Shown here: in pieces, positions 27,844 to 38,376 of the stretch
Layout: each line of letters begins with the position of its first letter
Numbering within the stretch: the stretch's first letter is position 1
From: Granulicella sp.
Lineage (GTDB): Bacteria > Acidobacteriota > Terriglobia > Terriglobales > Acidobacteriaceae
Length of the DNA: 64,000 nucleotides
NCBI GenBank assembly: GCA_027339965.1
Contig: DAHWNL010000076.1
Coordinates: 15,012-79,011, forward strand
Direction of reading: 5' to 3'
The notes under the pieces: model-generated
Databases searched by the model: none
What the model was told of the DNA's origin: nothing
Seen by the model: only the letters and a program-made list of their open reading frames with translations
Translations under genes and position numbers: made by a program

Positions 27844-30788
27844 CGGCCGGGAGGCGTAATCAAATTAACGTAGAGCCGGAAGGCTCCGGGAACTGCTTCG
27901 GGGAGCTGGCGGTAGAGAGCGTAGGCACAGTAGGTCCAGCGTCCCTGGCCGATGGATGCCGTAATGAGTCCACCAAGCTGGGGGGGCTGCGGGGCGATTC
28001 CGTCTCCGCCCGGGTCGTGGGCTTCCGTGAGTGCCGAATAGCGTGGGTCCCAGGTTTCCAGAAACCCGTGGCCGCGCTCCTCGATCCAGTGGTCGAAGTC
28101 AGCAGAACTGATCGGGTTGGGCGTGTTGAGCAGAGGGTTGGAAGACGCCATGAGTTGAACCGGATCGGTTTCCACCACTACCTTTTCGGCGTGGCCCAGC
28201 GAGAGCGGGTAGGGAGCGTCGGCGGAACTGAAGTCAGAGGTCTGGTATTGGACAAGGACGTTGCCCCCCTTGCGAGCGAACTGCAGCAGAGCCTGCGTGG
28301 GAGCGCCATGCAGGTTAGCGTGGGCGGTGTAGGCGCGGACGCCCAGGATGACCGTGTCGAAGCCGGCCAGTTTGACCGGGGTGAGATCGCTGACGCGGAT
28401 GAGAATGGGCGCCAGGCCGATGGAGGCCAAGGCCTGGGGAACCGAGTCGCCCGTGCCAGGCAGGTAGGCGATGCGTAGGTGCTTGGGGAGCTTGAGGTTG
28501 ATCGGCACGATGCGGGAGGTGGCAGGGGTGTACAGATTGGTAGAAATCAGACCGGGGTAGCCCACGGACCGGTACCCTTCACTGTAAGTTTCTCCATCAG
28601 GAGTCCGCGCGGTGAGACGCATCAGAGCCGGCTTGTGGAAAGCAGCTGTGGGATGGAGGAAGAACTCTGTGGAATGCGTATTGGCAGCGGATAGAGCCGG
28701 AACAGCCCGAGCCTGAATCGACCAGTTCTTTGGAGATTGTAGGTTGATATTGGCTGAGGTGGCGTAGGCGGTGTGCAGGGTTGCGGTGAGTTGCACCGTA
28801 GATTGGCCTGTTGGAAGGACCATGGCCGACGGCGCGCTGGCGATGGACACCGGGGGCACGATCGATACCGGCTGCGGACCATGGTGCACGATGCGGCCAA
28901 GGCTGATCTCGACGCCCTCGTCATCCAGAAAAGCCCATGCGGTCAAGGGCGCAGGTGTCTGGGGTGCATTGCGCAGTTCCGGGTTGCGAAGCTTGTAGAC
29001 GGCTTGTTCGATGCTGTCTCGGTAGAAGTAGGGTTGGGTGATCTGCTCCAAATGACTGGCGGGGATCTGCCAGTTGTTCTTCACGGGCGTGCCGGCGGCC
29101 AGCGGCTGAGCCGGAAGGTTGCCGAGGGTCTGGACCTGGTTGGGCTGGGCCCCGGCGATGATGATCCGGCTGAGGGTGATCGGCAGGCTGGAGGACTTGG
29201 AGAGTTCGGTCTCAATCTTCGGAGAGGAACCTTGCACCAGATTGCGGGAGGCTGCGACGGCATCCAGATGGAGGCCAAGGGCGAGAACCAGAGCGTCATT
29301 GATCTGGACGCGCTTGATGCGTAGCTCGTGCAGGAGATCAGCCTTGTGCCGTTGGTCCATGGTGGCGGTGGACAGCAGCCGGAGCATGGCGTTGGTCGTC
29401 ACCAGCGCGCGGGTCAACGGCGGAACGGTCTTTTCGGGCGCCTCGGGGGCAAACTCGGCCGCGGCTGTTTGAACCTCCCTGGCCAGATCGGCTAGCTGGC
29501 GTTTCAGGAGCGTTGGGGCATCCGGCGCCAGGGTCGCCATGCCCTGAAGGGAGGTGTCGATGCCGGTGAAGAAGTTGGCTTGCGTGAGGAGATCGCCGGG
29601 AGTGTTGGCTAAGTTCTGGGCGCTGGAAGCTGAGTTCGGTGCCGCGGTGGACGGGATGCAGGGGGTGGTGGAGTTCTCACCGCGAACCCTGGCCGTCGGT
29701 GCGGCAATGGTCTGGAGCGAGACGCGGACATCCGCGGCTGCGCCACAAAGGACGGAGCCATAGAGATGGTATGGGGAGTCGAAGCGGCCGGGGCCGGGCA
29801 GACGCATGGTCCGGCTGATCTGTGTCCGCTGAAGCGCAAGTCCGATGCGGGCGAACCGAGCGTAGCTGATGGCCTGGTTCGCCGTTAGGCTGGAGGGTAA
29901 GCCGGCGGTGGCGTCGGTCAAAATGGGATCGGTGTCGCCCTCTGGAACCAGGACGTCTGCGCTGGGCTTGGAGGTGATGACCGCTCCGGTGACGTAGTTG
30001 CGGAAGCGAGGGGGAACGTATTGATTCGTGGCGTAGTCATAGACGCCCTGGCTGGTGAGCCTTGCCCAAGGGACGCGAGCATAAACCTTCAGCGCCTGCC
30101 AGGGAAGGATCCCTTGCCGGATCATGTCGGGGAAGACATTGGGGTCAGCGGCGGCCTTGAATGCCTCCTGAGCGATCTCGCCGGAGACCTGGTGCTGGCC
30201 GTGGCCGTCAGTGACGTTGCCCACGAAGACGGCGGCGATTACCAGCGGACGATAGATGCGGATGGCGCGGACAACATCATAGAGCACACGCTCGCGGTCC
30301 CATTTCTGGAAGGACTCCTGCATGGATTTAGAGAACCCGAAGTCAACTTCTTCGCCAAACATCTGGTCCACATCGAAGTAGCGATCGGCGCTGAGCAACT
30401 CCTGGGTGCGAATGAGGCCGAGCGCGTCCTCAAAGTCGGCGGTGACAAAGTTCTGGCCGCCTTCGCCGCGGTTGAGGGTGAGCGTGGCGACGCGTGCCCC
30501 CAGGCCGCGGGAATAAAGGGTGAGCATGCCGCCATCCTCGTCGTCGGGATGGGCGGTGATCAGCAGCAGAGAGGCGCGAGTGTTGAGCTTGCGAAGAAGC
30601 TGCGCCAGGCCGCTCGATCCCTGGTCGATGGGAAGCTCGTGACCATTGGAGGCGGAGACTCGCTCTCCCCCAAGGTTCGCGGGGTCGGTAAAAGGAGCTG
30701 ATGATCTGGGAGAGGGCGCTTGCTGAGCGAGGGTGATTCCGGAAACGGTGAGGCACAGCGCTAGAAGGAGAGGCGCAGAGAGCTTCAT
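27840..30788 (-). CDS. Large secreted PIG-L/LmbE-family N-acetylhexosamine deacetylase with C-terminal accessory domains
   Basis: Signal peptide, AHPDDE, RGEGGQN, DFGFSK and HGQH; C-terminal region with WIEERG and RQLP. Confidence 0.87.
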   Translation of the reverse strand: MKLSAPLLLALCLTVSGITLAQQAPSPRSSAPFTDPANLGGERVSASNGHELPIDQGSSGLAQLLRKLNTRASLLLITAHPDDEDGGMLTLYSRGLGARVATLTLNRGEGGQNFVTADFEDALGLIRTQELLSADRYFDVDQMFGEEVDFGFSKSMQESFQKWDRERVLYDVVRAIRIYRPLVIAAVFVGNVTDGHGQHQVSGEIAQEAFKAAADPNVFPDMIRQGILPWQALKVYARVPWARLTSQGVYDYATNQYVPPRFRNYVTGAVITSKPSADVLVPEGDTDPILTDATAGLPSSLTANQAISYARFARIGLALQRTQISRTMRLPGPGRFDSPYHLYGSVLCGAAADVRVSLQTIAAPTARVRGENSTTPCIPSTAAPNSASSAQNLANTPGDLLTQANFFTGIDTSLQGMATLAPDAPTLLKRQLADLAREVQTAAAEFAPEAPEKTVPPLTRALVTTNAMLRLLSTATMDQRHKADLLHELRIKRVQINDALVLALGLHLDAVAASRNLVQGSSPKIETELSKSSSLPITLSRIIIAGAQPNQVQTLGNLPAQPLAAGTPVKNNWQIPASHLEQITQPYFYRDSIEQAVYKLRNPELRNAPQTPAPLTAWAFLDDEGVEISLGRIVHHGPQPVSIVPPVSIASAPSAMVLPTGQSTVQLTATLHTAYATSANINLQSPKNWSIQARAVPALSAANTHSTEFFLHPTAAFHKPALMRLTARTPDGETYSEGYRSVGYPGLISTNLYTPATSRIVPINLKLPKHLRIAYLPGTGDSVPQALASIGLAPILIRVSDLTPVKLAGFDTVILGVRAYTAHANLHGAPTQALLQFARKGGNVLVQYQTSDFSSADAPYPLSLGHAEKVVVETDPVQLMASSNPLLNTPNPISSADFDHWIEERGHGFLETWDPRYSALTEAHDPGGDGIAPQPPQLGGLITASIGQGRWTYCAYALYRQLPEAVPGAFRLYVNLITPPGR

Positions 30789-30947
30789 GTTGACTAGAGT
30801 CTCACAGACGGGCTCTTTGGCGCGGGCGATGGGTTGGGACCAGGCGATCTTGAGGTGCGGCTCCGACGCGCTCCCGAGCCGCCTTTCTGTCGGCGAGTCA
30901 AATTAGTTTCTGAAGAGAATTTCCGCGGCTTTGCTTAGACTGGCCAG

Positions 30948-32423
30948 ATGAGCCTCGACGGAGACAATCTGGAGCGATCGCTGACTCTGCCCGGGGCTGT
31001 GACGCTGAACCTGCTGGACATGATTGGGGTGGGTCCCTTCCTGACCCTGCCGCTGCTGCTGGCGGCGATGGGCGGCCCGCAGGCGATGCTGGGGTGGGTT
31101 CTCGGTGCGCTCCTTGCGGTTTGCGACGGTCTGGTGTGGGCGGAGTTGGGTTCGGCGATGCCGGAGGCTGGAGGAACCTACCACTACCTGACGGAGATGT
31201 TTCCCGGCGGCTGGGGGCGGTGGCTGAGCTTCCTCTTCGTTTTTCAGGTCTGTTTTTCGGCGCCGTTGAGCGTGGCCAGCGGATGCATCGGTCTGGCGCA
31301 GTATGCAGGGTTTCTCCATCCGGGCTGGGTGACGCAGGGGGCCGTGCATGGTTTGCGTGTGGGGCCTTACAGCTTTGGGGTAACGGCGGGGCGCTCCACG
31401 GCGCTGGCGATGGCAGCCCTGGGCGTAGTGGTGTTGCTGCTTTACCGTGGGCTGGAACGGATGCGCCGGCTGGCGGCGGCGATGCTGGCTGTGGTGCTCG
31501 CAACGATCGCGTGGGCGATGCTCACCGGACTCTTTTATGGTCACTGGTCACGCGTCGTTGCGCTTCCGGCAGGGGCAGGGAAGCTTGACCATGGGTTTTT
31601 CGCGGGGCTGGGATCGGCCATGCTGATCGCCACTTACGACTATTGGGGCTACTACAACGTGACATTTCTGGGTGGGGAGACGCGCGAGCCGGAGCGGACG
31701 ATCCCCCGCGCCGTGCTGCTTTCGATTGGGCTGGTGGCGTTGTTGTATCTGGGGCTGAACATCAGTGTGCTCTCTGTACTGGGCGCGCCCGCGATTCTGG
31801 CTGCGCAGGATCTGCAGGCGCGGCGAGCCTTGCTGAGCGAGATGATGCGGGTTGCGTATTCGCCGCACTGGGGCGCTGCCATGGGAATCTGGCTGGGACG
31901 TCTGGCGGCGGTGCTGGTGATGGCGACGGCGTTTGCCAGCGTCTTCTCTTTGCTCCTAGGTTACTCGCGGATTCCTTACGCGGCGGCGCGGGATGGCAAC
32001 TTTCCCAGGATCTTTGCGCGGCTCCATCCGCAGGGAAGGTTTCCGTATGTTTCACTGCTGGTGCTCTCCGCAGCCGCGTGTGTGTTCTGCTTCTTCTCTC
32101 TGGCGGACGTGATTGCGGCGCTGGTGGTGTTGCGGATTGTCTTGCAGTTTGGGCTGCAGCAGGTGGGGGTCGTGCTGCTGCGCGCGCGACGTCCGGGGAT
32201 GCGCCGGCCCTTCCGGATTTGGCTGTATCCTTTGCCGCCGCTGCTGGCGCTGGCAGGCTTTGCCTACATCGTAATCTCACGTCCCGGCTTCCATCGTCAG
32301 TTGGTGCTGGCTGGAGCCGTGACGCTGGCCGGGACGATTTTGTTTGGTTGTAGGTCCCCGGCCGCGAAGGCCGCATTCACCGGCTTTCAAGGAGCAAAAA
32401 CAAGGAGCAAAAAAAAGATGTAA
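30948..32423 (+). CDS. APC-superfamily amino acid permease
   Basis: MIGVGPF, AELGSAMPEAGG.Y, GETREPERTIPRA and SRIPYAAARDG; about 12 transmembrane segments. Confidence 0.9.
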   Translation: MSLDGDNLERSLTLPGAVTLNLLDMIGVGPFLTLPLLLAAMGGPQAMLGWVLGALLAVCDGLVWAELGSAMPEAGGTYHYLTEMFPGGWGRWLSFLFVFQVCFSAPLSVASGCIGLAQYAGFLHPGWVTQGAVHGLRVGPYSFGVTAGRSTALAMAALGVVVLLLYRGLERMRRLAAAMLAVVLATIAWAMLTGLFYGHWSRVVALPAGAGKLDHGFFAGLGSAMLIATYDYWGYYNVTFLGGETREPERTIPRAVLLSIGLVALLYLGLNISVLSVLGAPAILAAQDLQARRALLSEMMRVAYSPHWGAAMGIWLGRLAAVLVMATAFASVFSLLLGYSRIPYAAARDGNFPRIFARLHPQGRFPYVSLLVLSAAACVFCFFSLADVIAALVVLRIVLQFGLQQVGVVLLRARRPGMRRPFRIWLYPLPPLLALAGFAYIVISRPGFHRQLVLAGAVTLAGTILFGCRSPAAKAAFTGFQGAKTRSKKKM

Positions 32424-32588
32424 CCGATAGAGGCGCTTGGCCGTCCTATGAAAACAGAGTCGACGGTGGGATCGCATTGCGTGCGCCAGCCAAGAGAAGG
32501 TACCTTTCGGCTGCTTCGCAAGGCCGATCGAGCGCTGCCGAGACGTTCAGGAGTGGATGGAAGCCGAAACGAAGGATGAGGTGATGGG

Positions 32589-33548
32589 ATGCTACTGTTG
32601 ACGCGCCGCGTGAAAGAACCTCCATCGTCGGAGATCACGCCCAAGGAGACCTATGAAGCCTTTGAGCTGAACCGCAGGCAGTTGATGAAGGGCCTGGGGG
32701 TTGCGGGAGTAGCGATGGCGCTGACGCGGAAGGCGCGGGCGGAGCTGAAGATCGATGACCTTTTAGCGACGCAGTATACGGTGCCGGATCGAGCCACCAC
32801 GCCCGAACGGATGGCGAAGAGCTACAACAACTTCTATGAGTTCGGCGAAGAGAAGAGCGATCCCGCCAAGAATGCCCATACGCTGGTGACTTATCCGTGG
32901 AATGTGCAGGTGGAAGGATTGGTGGCCAAGCCGCGCACGTTCCAGTTTGGGGAGCTGTTTCATCTGCAGCCCATGCAGCAAAGGGTGTACCGATTTCGCT
33001 GCGTGGAAGCATGGTCGATGGTGATTCCCTGGGACGGATTCCCTCTTTCGGAGCTGATCAAGGTGGTAGAACCGCTGCCCAAGGCGAAGTTTGTGCAGTT
33101 TCTGTCACTGGAGAATCGCAAGGACGAGATCCTGCCCTTCGGGATTCCATGGCCTTATTCGGAGGGGTTGCGCATGGACGAGGCGATGAATCCGCTGACC
33201 CTGTTGACGTTTGGAAGTTACGGAGAGACGCTGGCGAATCAGCAAGGCGCTCCCGTGCGGGTGATCGTGCCCTGGAAGTATGGGTTCAAGTCTGCGAAGT
33301 CGATTGTGAAGATTAAGTTTGTAGAGCATATGCCACCCACGACGTGGAATGAACTGGCTCCGGACGAGTATGGGTTTTATTCCAATGTCAATCCCCAAGT
33401 GGACCATCCGCGCTGGTCCCAGGCGCATGAGCGGCTGCTGAACGCGTACACCCTCTTCCCCAAGGTGGTGCCGACCCTGATGTTCAATGGATACGGCGAT
33501 CAGGTGGCATCCATGTATGCAGGGATGAACCTGCGCAAGGACTTTTGA
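32589..33548 (+). CDS. msrP: Protein-methionine-sulfoxide reductase catalytic subunit MsrP (YedY)
   Basis: Tat-like NRRQLMK, YNNFYEFG, Mo-ligand motif RCVEAWS, PWKYGFKSAK and HPRWSQA. Confidence 0.95.
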   Translation: MLLLTRRVKEPPSSEITPKETYEAFELNRRQLMKGLGVAGVAMALTRKARAELKIDDLLATQYTVPDRATTPERMAKSYNNFYEFGEEKSDPAKNAHTLVTYPWNVQVEGLVAKPRTFQFGELFHLQPMQQRVYRFRCVEAWSMVIPWDGFPLSELIKVVEPLPKAKFVQFLSLENRKDEILPFGIPWPYSEGLRMDEAMNPLTLLTFGSYGETLANQQGAPVRVIVPWKYGFKSAKSIVKIKFVEHMPPTTWNELAPDEYGFYSNVNPQVDHPRWSQAHERLLNAYTLFPKVVPTLMFNGYGDQVASMYAGMNLRKDF

Positions 33549-33729
33549 CCCTTGGGTGAGGCGGGGAACAGCGCCTTGGCAAGGAGCGGCATGCACGACG
33601 CTCATTTTTTTACAAGGCTGCTTCCGCCCGCGCGTGGAGCAGCGGGTGAACGGCAGCGGACCGGATTGAGCAGGCCAAGAGAGAAAAGTGCCGGCCGGCA
33701 GAGCCTGGTATCGGAGCGTCAGGAGAAGC

Positions 33730-34473
33730 ATGACGAATCGACGAATTGTGATTGGCAAGATCGCGGCCCATGCTCTCTGTCTGTTGCCGGCTCTCGATTT
33801 GGTGCGGATGTACCGCAACGGATCGCTGGTTGTGCTGGCTGATCCGGTAAATTTCATCACTCATTTCACAGGCGACTGGGCTCTCTGGCTTCTGCTCGTC
33901 AGCCTGGCCATCACTCCGTTGCGCCGTTTATCCCAGGGAGCAGGGTGGCAGGGTCTGAATGGGCTGGTCCGATTCCGCCGCATGGTTGGCCTCTATGCCT
34001 TCTTCTACGCTACCCTGCATCTGCTGACCTACGTGCTGCTGTTCAGCGGCTACAACGTTCCGGCGGCGTTTGCCGGTTTGGAAGCCGGGCGCCTGCTGGA
34101 GCCATGGCGCCAGTTGCAGATGATCTGGCCGGCGATTCTGGATGACGTGCAGAAGCGGCGGTTTATCCAGGTAGGGTTCGCGGCCTGGTTGATTCTGTTG
34201 ATGATGGCTGCTACCTCTCCCCGCAAGGCTCTGCGCGCCATCGGAGGAAGGAATTGGCAGCGGCTGCACAGGCTCGTCTACCTGGCTGGAGCCTTTGCCT
34301 GCGTGCATTACTGGTGGCTGGTAAAGACCGGCGTGCGCACGCCCTGGAAGGTGACCGCCGTGCTGACCGTGCTGCTGGGCATCCGACTGGGATTTCGGAT
34401 GAAAAAGCATGGCGGCATGCCTCCTGACCTCCGGAAGAATGAGAGTCGGGAGGCGACCGGGATGCTGACATAG
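33730..34473 (+). CDS. msrQ: Heme-binding membrane subunit MsrQ (YedZ)
   Basis: TGDWAL, ITPLR, RRMVGLYAFFYATLH and WQRLHRLVY; AGGAG ribosome-binding site. Confidence 0.92.
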   Translation: MTNRRIVIGKIAAHALCLLPALDLVRMYRNGSLVVLADPVNFITHFTGDWALWLLLVSLAITPLRRLSQGAGWQGLNGLVRFRRMVGLYAFFYATLHLLTYVLLFSGYNVPAAFAGLEAGRLLEPWRQLQMIWPAILDDVQKRRFIQVGFAAWLILLMMAATSPRKALRAIGGRNWQRLHRLVYLAGAFACVHYWWLVKTGVRTPWKVTAVLTVLLGIRLGFRMKKHGGMPPDLRKNESREATGMLT

Positions 34474-34491
34474 CAACCGGCATCTTTACGC

Positions 34492-34605
34492 TGATAGCTT
34501 CTCCGTGTCGCCAGGTTTCCAAAACGGGGTCGGAGGCGAATTCGTTGCGGAAAACTCCCGTACGGGCCGTAGCGCAGGAATGCGCCTGCAAGGAAACGGC
34601 TGCAG
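34492..34605 (+). repeat. Degenerate copy of the ~117-bp dispersed palindromic element
   Basis: ATAGC..GTGTCG...GGGT..CGG.GGCG..TTC.TTG.GGAAAAC.CCC...CCTGCA..GAAAC.GCT..AG is colinear with the copies at 41481 and 50618. Confidence 0.6.
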
Positions 34606-34781
34606 GCGCAAGGGTCATCTGCGCAACGCCGCTCAGGCTGCAACGCGCCACTCCATTCCTCTGCCAAGCGGGAGGGTGAGTGCCAAGCCGGCCCTCCAAG
34701 ATTCGCCATAGATGGCCGGCAAAAGAAGCAGATGCTGCGGCATGCGGTTTTGAACGTGCTTCGACTCTGTGGCCAAGGCCC

Positions 34782-35513
34782 TTACTCGGTGATGCTCTCG
34801 AACATCTCCGTGGATTGCGTTGCGGGTTGAGGAATCACCGAAGCAGCCAGGAGGTATCGCTCCTGCCCGCCATATTCGTCGAAGATGGGACGAGAGCGCT
34901 CCATCAGCGGAGACTGCGTGGTGTGGGCTTGCATGGCCTGGAGCTTGTAAGGCAGAACCGAGCTGACATCCAGGGTCAGCGTCCATGGAGCGGGAATATG
35001 GCGAAGTCGTCCCTCGACAAAGAAGCTCATCGTCAGGTAGTAGAGGCGCTGCGGGGTGTAAAGATCGCCCAGGTCAGGGAAGCGTTTGGGTGAGCCCGCC
35101 CAGTGAAAGGCAGCCGTGGTAGCGGCCGAGACTATCGTGTGGTCGGCGTGGGTGTTCAGGCCGCCGTCCCCGCCGAAGGTGATGATGACCTGGGGGCGAA
35201 GAATGCGAATTTGGCGGACGATTTCGGCGGCCAGCCTGGAGATGGGCTGGTGCTCCAGCTGGCCGTCCTGGTAGTCCAGAACTTCATGATGGCGGACTCC
35301 CAGGATCTGGCAGGAAGCGGCGAACTCAGCGCGGCGGAGCTGGCCGAGTTCTTGCGCCGAGGAGGCGACGCCGCGGAAGGAGCCGGCGCTGCCGTCGGTG
35401 AGGCAGACAATGGAGGTTTCCACCTGGCGCAGCGAAGCCAGCGCAAGCGCTCCCCCGAAGGCGAAACACTCGTCGTCGGGGTGCGCCGTTACGCAGAGAA
35501 GTCTTAGTCCCAT
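34782..35513 (-). CDS. Cytoplasmic PIG-L/LmbE-family deacetylase (BshB/MshB-like fold)
   Basis: AHPDDE, TDG, HADH and AHTTQ motifs. Confidence 0.9.
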   Translation of the reverse strand: MGLRLLCVTAHPDDECFAFGGALALASLRQVETSIVCLTDGSAGSFRGVASSAQELGQLRRAEFAASCQILGVRHHEVLDYQDGQLEHQPISRLAAEIVRQIRILRPQVIITFGGDGGLNTHADHTIVSAATTAAFHWAGSPKRFPDLGDLYTPQRLYYLTMSFFVEGRLRHIPAPWTLTLDVSSVLPYKLQAMQAHTTQSPLMERSRPIFDEYGGQERYLLAASVIPQPATQSTEMFESITE

Positions 35514-36382
35514 GCAGCAGTCTCTCTTTCTCCAGCGGCTCCACGATGGCCGGCAGCGGCTGGGTTGCGGTGCGGGGATCCGCGCTTTGCTGCTGCGGCG
35601 TCCCGCAGGATCAAGGCAGAGTCGGTTTCGGTCTGCTCAAAGAGGTTCCCAGAAGACGGTTTGGAGGCTGGCGTGGCATTGCGTCCGGTGCAGAGGGTGT
35701 CGGCAGATGTGCGGGCGCAGGCGGCGGCCAGGACGGGGGCGAAGCTTTTGCGGTGGAGAGGCGTAGGGCCATACTCCAGCAGCGCCTTGCGGTGCTTCAG
35801 CGTTGCGTAGCCCTTATGCGAGGCCAAACCGTACTGGGGATGCAGGACGTCCAGCGAACGCATCAGGGAGTCGCGATGGACTTTGGCAATGACGGAGGCT
35901 GCGGCGATGGACAAGGAGAGTGCATCACCGTGGACCAGACTCGTCTGCGCACAGGGGTGCGAGAGCTGGGATAGATCGAGATGCAGAGCGTCGATGAGCA
36001 GGTGGTCGGGAGCAACCGCAAGTTGCCGTACAGCCCGCAGCATCGCGAGGCGAGATGCCTGGTAGATATTGAGCCGGTCGATGGTTTCGGCGTCGACTTC
36101 GGCAATGGCGAGATCTACGGCGACCTCGCGGATCTTGCCGTCGAGCGCCTCCCGCTGCCGGCGGGTGAGCTGCTTGGAGTCTGTAAGACCCAGGCGGCTG
36201 AGGAGCGTTGGGTTGGGCGGAAGGATGACCGCTGCGCCCACCACAGGGCCGAACAGAGCGCCTCGGCCTACTTCGTCAACCCCTGCGATGGTGAGGAAAC
36301 CGTGCCGGCGGAGGGTCTGCTCCGGTGCGTCCGAGCAGACCTGCTTGCGCAACCTGGTCGGCATGGCGGACGCCTTGCTCAC
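35504..36382 (-). CDS. rnhB: Ribonuclease HII
   Basis: AGVDEVGRG.LFGPV, DSKQL, SIAAASVIAKV.RD, HKGY and HRKSF; start is GTG 36382 or ATG 36364. Confidence 0.93.
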   Translation of the reverse strand: MSKASAMPTRLRKQVCSDAPEQTLRRHGFLTIAGVDEVGRGALFGPVVGAAVILPPNPTLLSRLGLTDSKQLTRRQREALDGKIREVAVDLAIAEVDAETIDRLNIYQASRLAMLRAVRQLAVAPDHLLIDALHLDLSQLSHPCAQTSLVHGDALSLSIAAASVIAKVHRDSLMRSLDVLHPQYGLASHKGYATLKHRKALLEYGPTPLHRKSFAPVLAAACARTSADTLCTGRNATPASKPSSGNLFEQTETDSALILRDAAAAKRGSPHRNPAAAGHRGAAGERETAAWD

Positions 36383-36816
36383 GCCGCCGATCTGAGGGAG
36401 GCGAAGCCCTACAACTTTGGAGGGGATTGCCGATCCGGAGGGGATGCCCGGCTCGAGTCTCTGAGCTCGCACCTCTCGAGTGTAGATCATGTCGTGGAAG
36501 CAGGTCTTTTGGGATCGGATTGGCGCTCGCACATCTCTGGGCCGCGCGGACGCTGTGTGGATCCGACTTCGCGGAAAAGAGGCCTATGTCGGCCTGACCA
36601 AAACCTGCATGCTCGGGTAGAGGTCTCTTTGCCAGCGCCATTCGGGTTTAAATTCGCACGGAGAGCGAGGGGATGGAGTGTGAATGATCCGGCCTGTGGG
36701 GTACGTCCGAAGGTACTAGTGAAGGACTCGGGATTTGCCCTATGCTGACGGCAAGGCCGCAGTCTCGGCAGCAACCAGTAGTTGAACCAGGGAGTCTTCC
36801 CGGGAGATTTGGACCT

Positions 36817-37914
36817 ATGCGAGTGGAAGCAGTTGGGAGGTTGCTGCTCATCGGAGTTCTTTTGTGTCTGGTGGTTCGGGGACGGGCGCAGACTGGATCT
36901 CCTGCCACCAGTTCCGCCCCGCAGGCGGCCGCAGTTCAGCCGGCCCAGCCGAATGCGGAGGCCAAGAAGTCCGAGGCTGGAGAGGCGAAGCGGGCAGAGA
37001 AGGCCAAGGCCAAGCAGGAGAAGATTGCCCGGAAGGCGGCCGAGGCCAGAAGCAAGGCATATACCGGCCCAAATACGATCATCGTCTTGCCTCCCAAGCC
37101 GATTCTGGATGAAGAGGGCCGCCAGCGGCTGGATCCAGATGGAAAGCCCATGTTTCTGCCTCCGGTGAAGCAGCAGCGGGACAAGCACGGGCATCCGCTG
37201 TTTGACGCCCAGGGTAAGCCGGTATTTCAGACGGCAACCGAGCTCGGTTACGACGAGCATGGCAAGAAGATTCACGCGCGCAAGGTGCGTCCGCCCAAGA
37301 CCACGCCGATGACCATCAGCCGGGGAACGTTGACCGTCGATGGCATGATCGGCAAGGCGGAGATGAACTACCAGATCGCCGACTTCAAGTATCTGTACCT
37401 GTACGCGCCGGGGATCGGAACACTGGTTGTCTCCAAAGCGCCTTTTACAGGGGGCAAGCAAGAGAAGGGAGCCTTCAACCGGAATACCCTCACCGTGACC
37501 ACAAGCGGACATGTTTTGCAGCTCGCTTCCGACCAGTGGTTGCTGGGAAAGAAAGAGAAGGCAACGCCGGCTTATGTCATGGTGGACAGAAACTTCAACC
37601 TTCCATCCTCGTTTCCAGTGGTGGGATATGGAACAACGTTAAAGTCGCCGTATACGTGGCCGGGAAGCCGGGAAAATGCTCCCCTGAAGGGGGCGTTCGT
37701 TAAACCGCCTCCGGTCCCTGCGGATCTGCGGCCAGTGATGCTGCTCCAACCGTGCCCCACGGGGGAGATGCGTAAACCTGCCGCGCAGGCGCTCCCCGGA
37801 CAGAAAGAGGTTGCGCAACCCTGTGTACCGATTCCAAATGGAAATGTGACGATGGCGAAGCCCTCGGCGGCGCAAAGCGGCGCGCTAACCACCGTCTCGT
37901 CCTCTAGAGAGTGA
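36817..37914 (+). CDS. Secreted hypothetical protein with DxxG-K/H/R repeats
   Basis: Signal-like N-terminus, Lys/Ala-rich helix, repeat segment and beta-rich C-terminus. Confidence 0.75.
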   Translation: MRVEAVGRLLLIGVLLCLVVRGRAQTGSPATSSAPQAAAVQPAQPNAEAKKSEAGEAKRAEKAKAKQEKIARKAAEARSKAYTGPNTIIVLPPKPILDEEGRQRLDPDGKPMFLPPVKQQRDKHGHPLFDAQGKPVFQTATELGYDEHGKKIHARKVRPPKTTPMTISRGTLTVDGMIGKAEMNYQIADFKYLYLYAPGIGTLVVSKAPFTGGKQEKGAFNRNTLTVTTSGHVLQLASDQWLLGKKEKATPAYVMVDRNFNLPSSFPVVGYGTTLKSPYTWPGSRENAPLKGAFVKPPPVPADLRPVMLLQPCPTGEMRKPAAQALPGQKEVAQPCVPIPNGNVTMAKPSAAQSGALTTVSSSRE

Positions 37915-37938
37915 TTGGAGTTGGGGGGAGGAGAAGCG

Positions 37939-37969
37939 AACAGCGGCGACCCTGAGAGTCGCCGCTGTT
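37939..37969. terminator. Bidirectional rho-independent terminator
   Basis: AACAGCGGCGAC-cctgaga-GTCGCCGCTGTT followed by ATTTT, between convergent genes. Confidence 0.8.
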
Positions 37970-38019
37970 ATTTTGAAATCAATTTTTGTGCCGGCTCTGA
38001 AGCGTCTGAGCAAGTTAAT

Positions 38020-38376
38020 TTAAGCGCCACGCTCGACCTCGCGAAGCCGGGCAGCCTTGCCGCGCAGCCCGCGGAGGTAGAAGAGCTTCGACCGGCGAAC
38101 TCGGTAAGAGCGAATCTTTTCAACCTTGTCGACTACCTTGGAGTTGTAGGGAAAGATGCGCTCAACTCCCTGTCCAAAGCTCATTTTACGGACAGTGAAA
38201 GATCCCTGTGGACCCTTCTTGCAGGCGATGACCATGCCTTCAAAGGCCTGGAGGCGCTCTTTGTCGCCCTCTTTGATCTTCACCTGCACACGGACGGTGT
38301 CGCCAGGAGCAAAGTCGGGAATGTCGGTGCGCTGGAGCTTGGTGGCCAGCTTTTGCATAATGGGATGGATAGACAT
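38020..38376 (-). CDS. rplS: 50S ribosomal protein L19
   Basis: [26 protein letters not shown] and [10 protein letters not shown]. Confidence 0.98.
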   Translation of the reverse strand: MSIHPIMQKLATKLQRTDIPDFAPGDTVRVQVKIKEGDKERLQAFEGMVIACKKGPQGSFTVRKMSFGQGVERIFPYNSKVVDKVEKIRSYRVRRSKLFYLRGLRGKAARLREVERGA

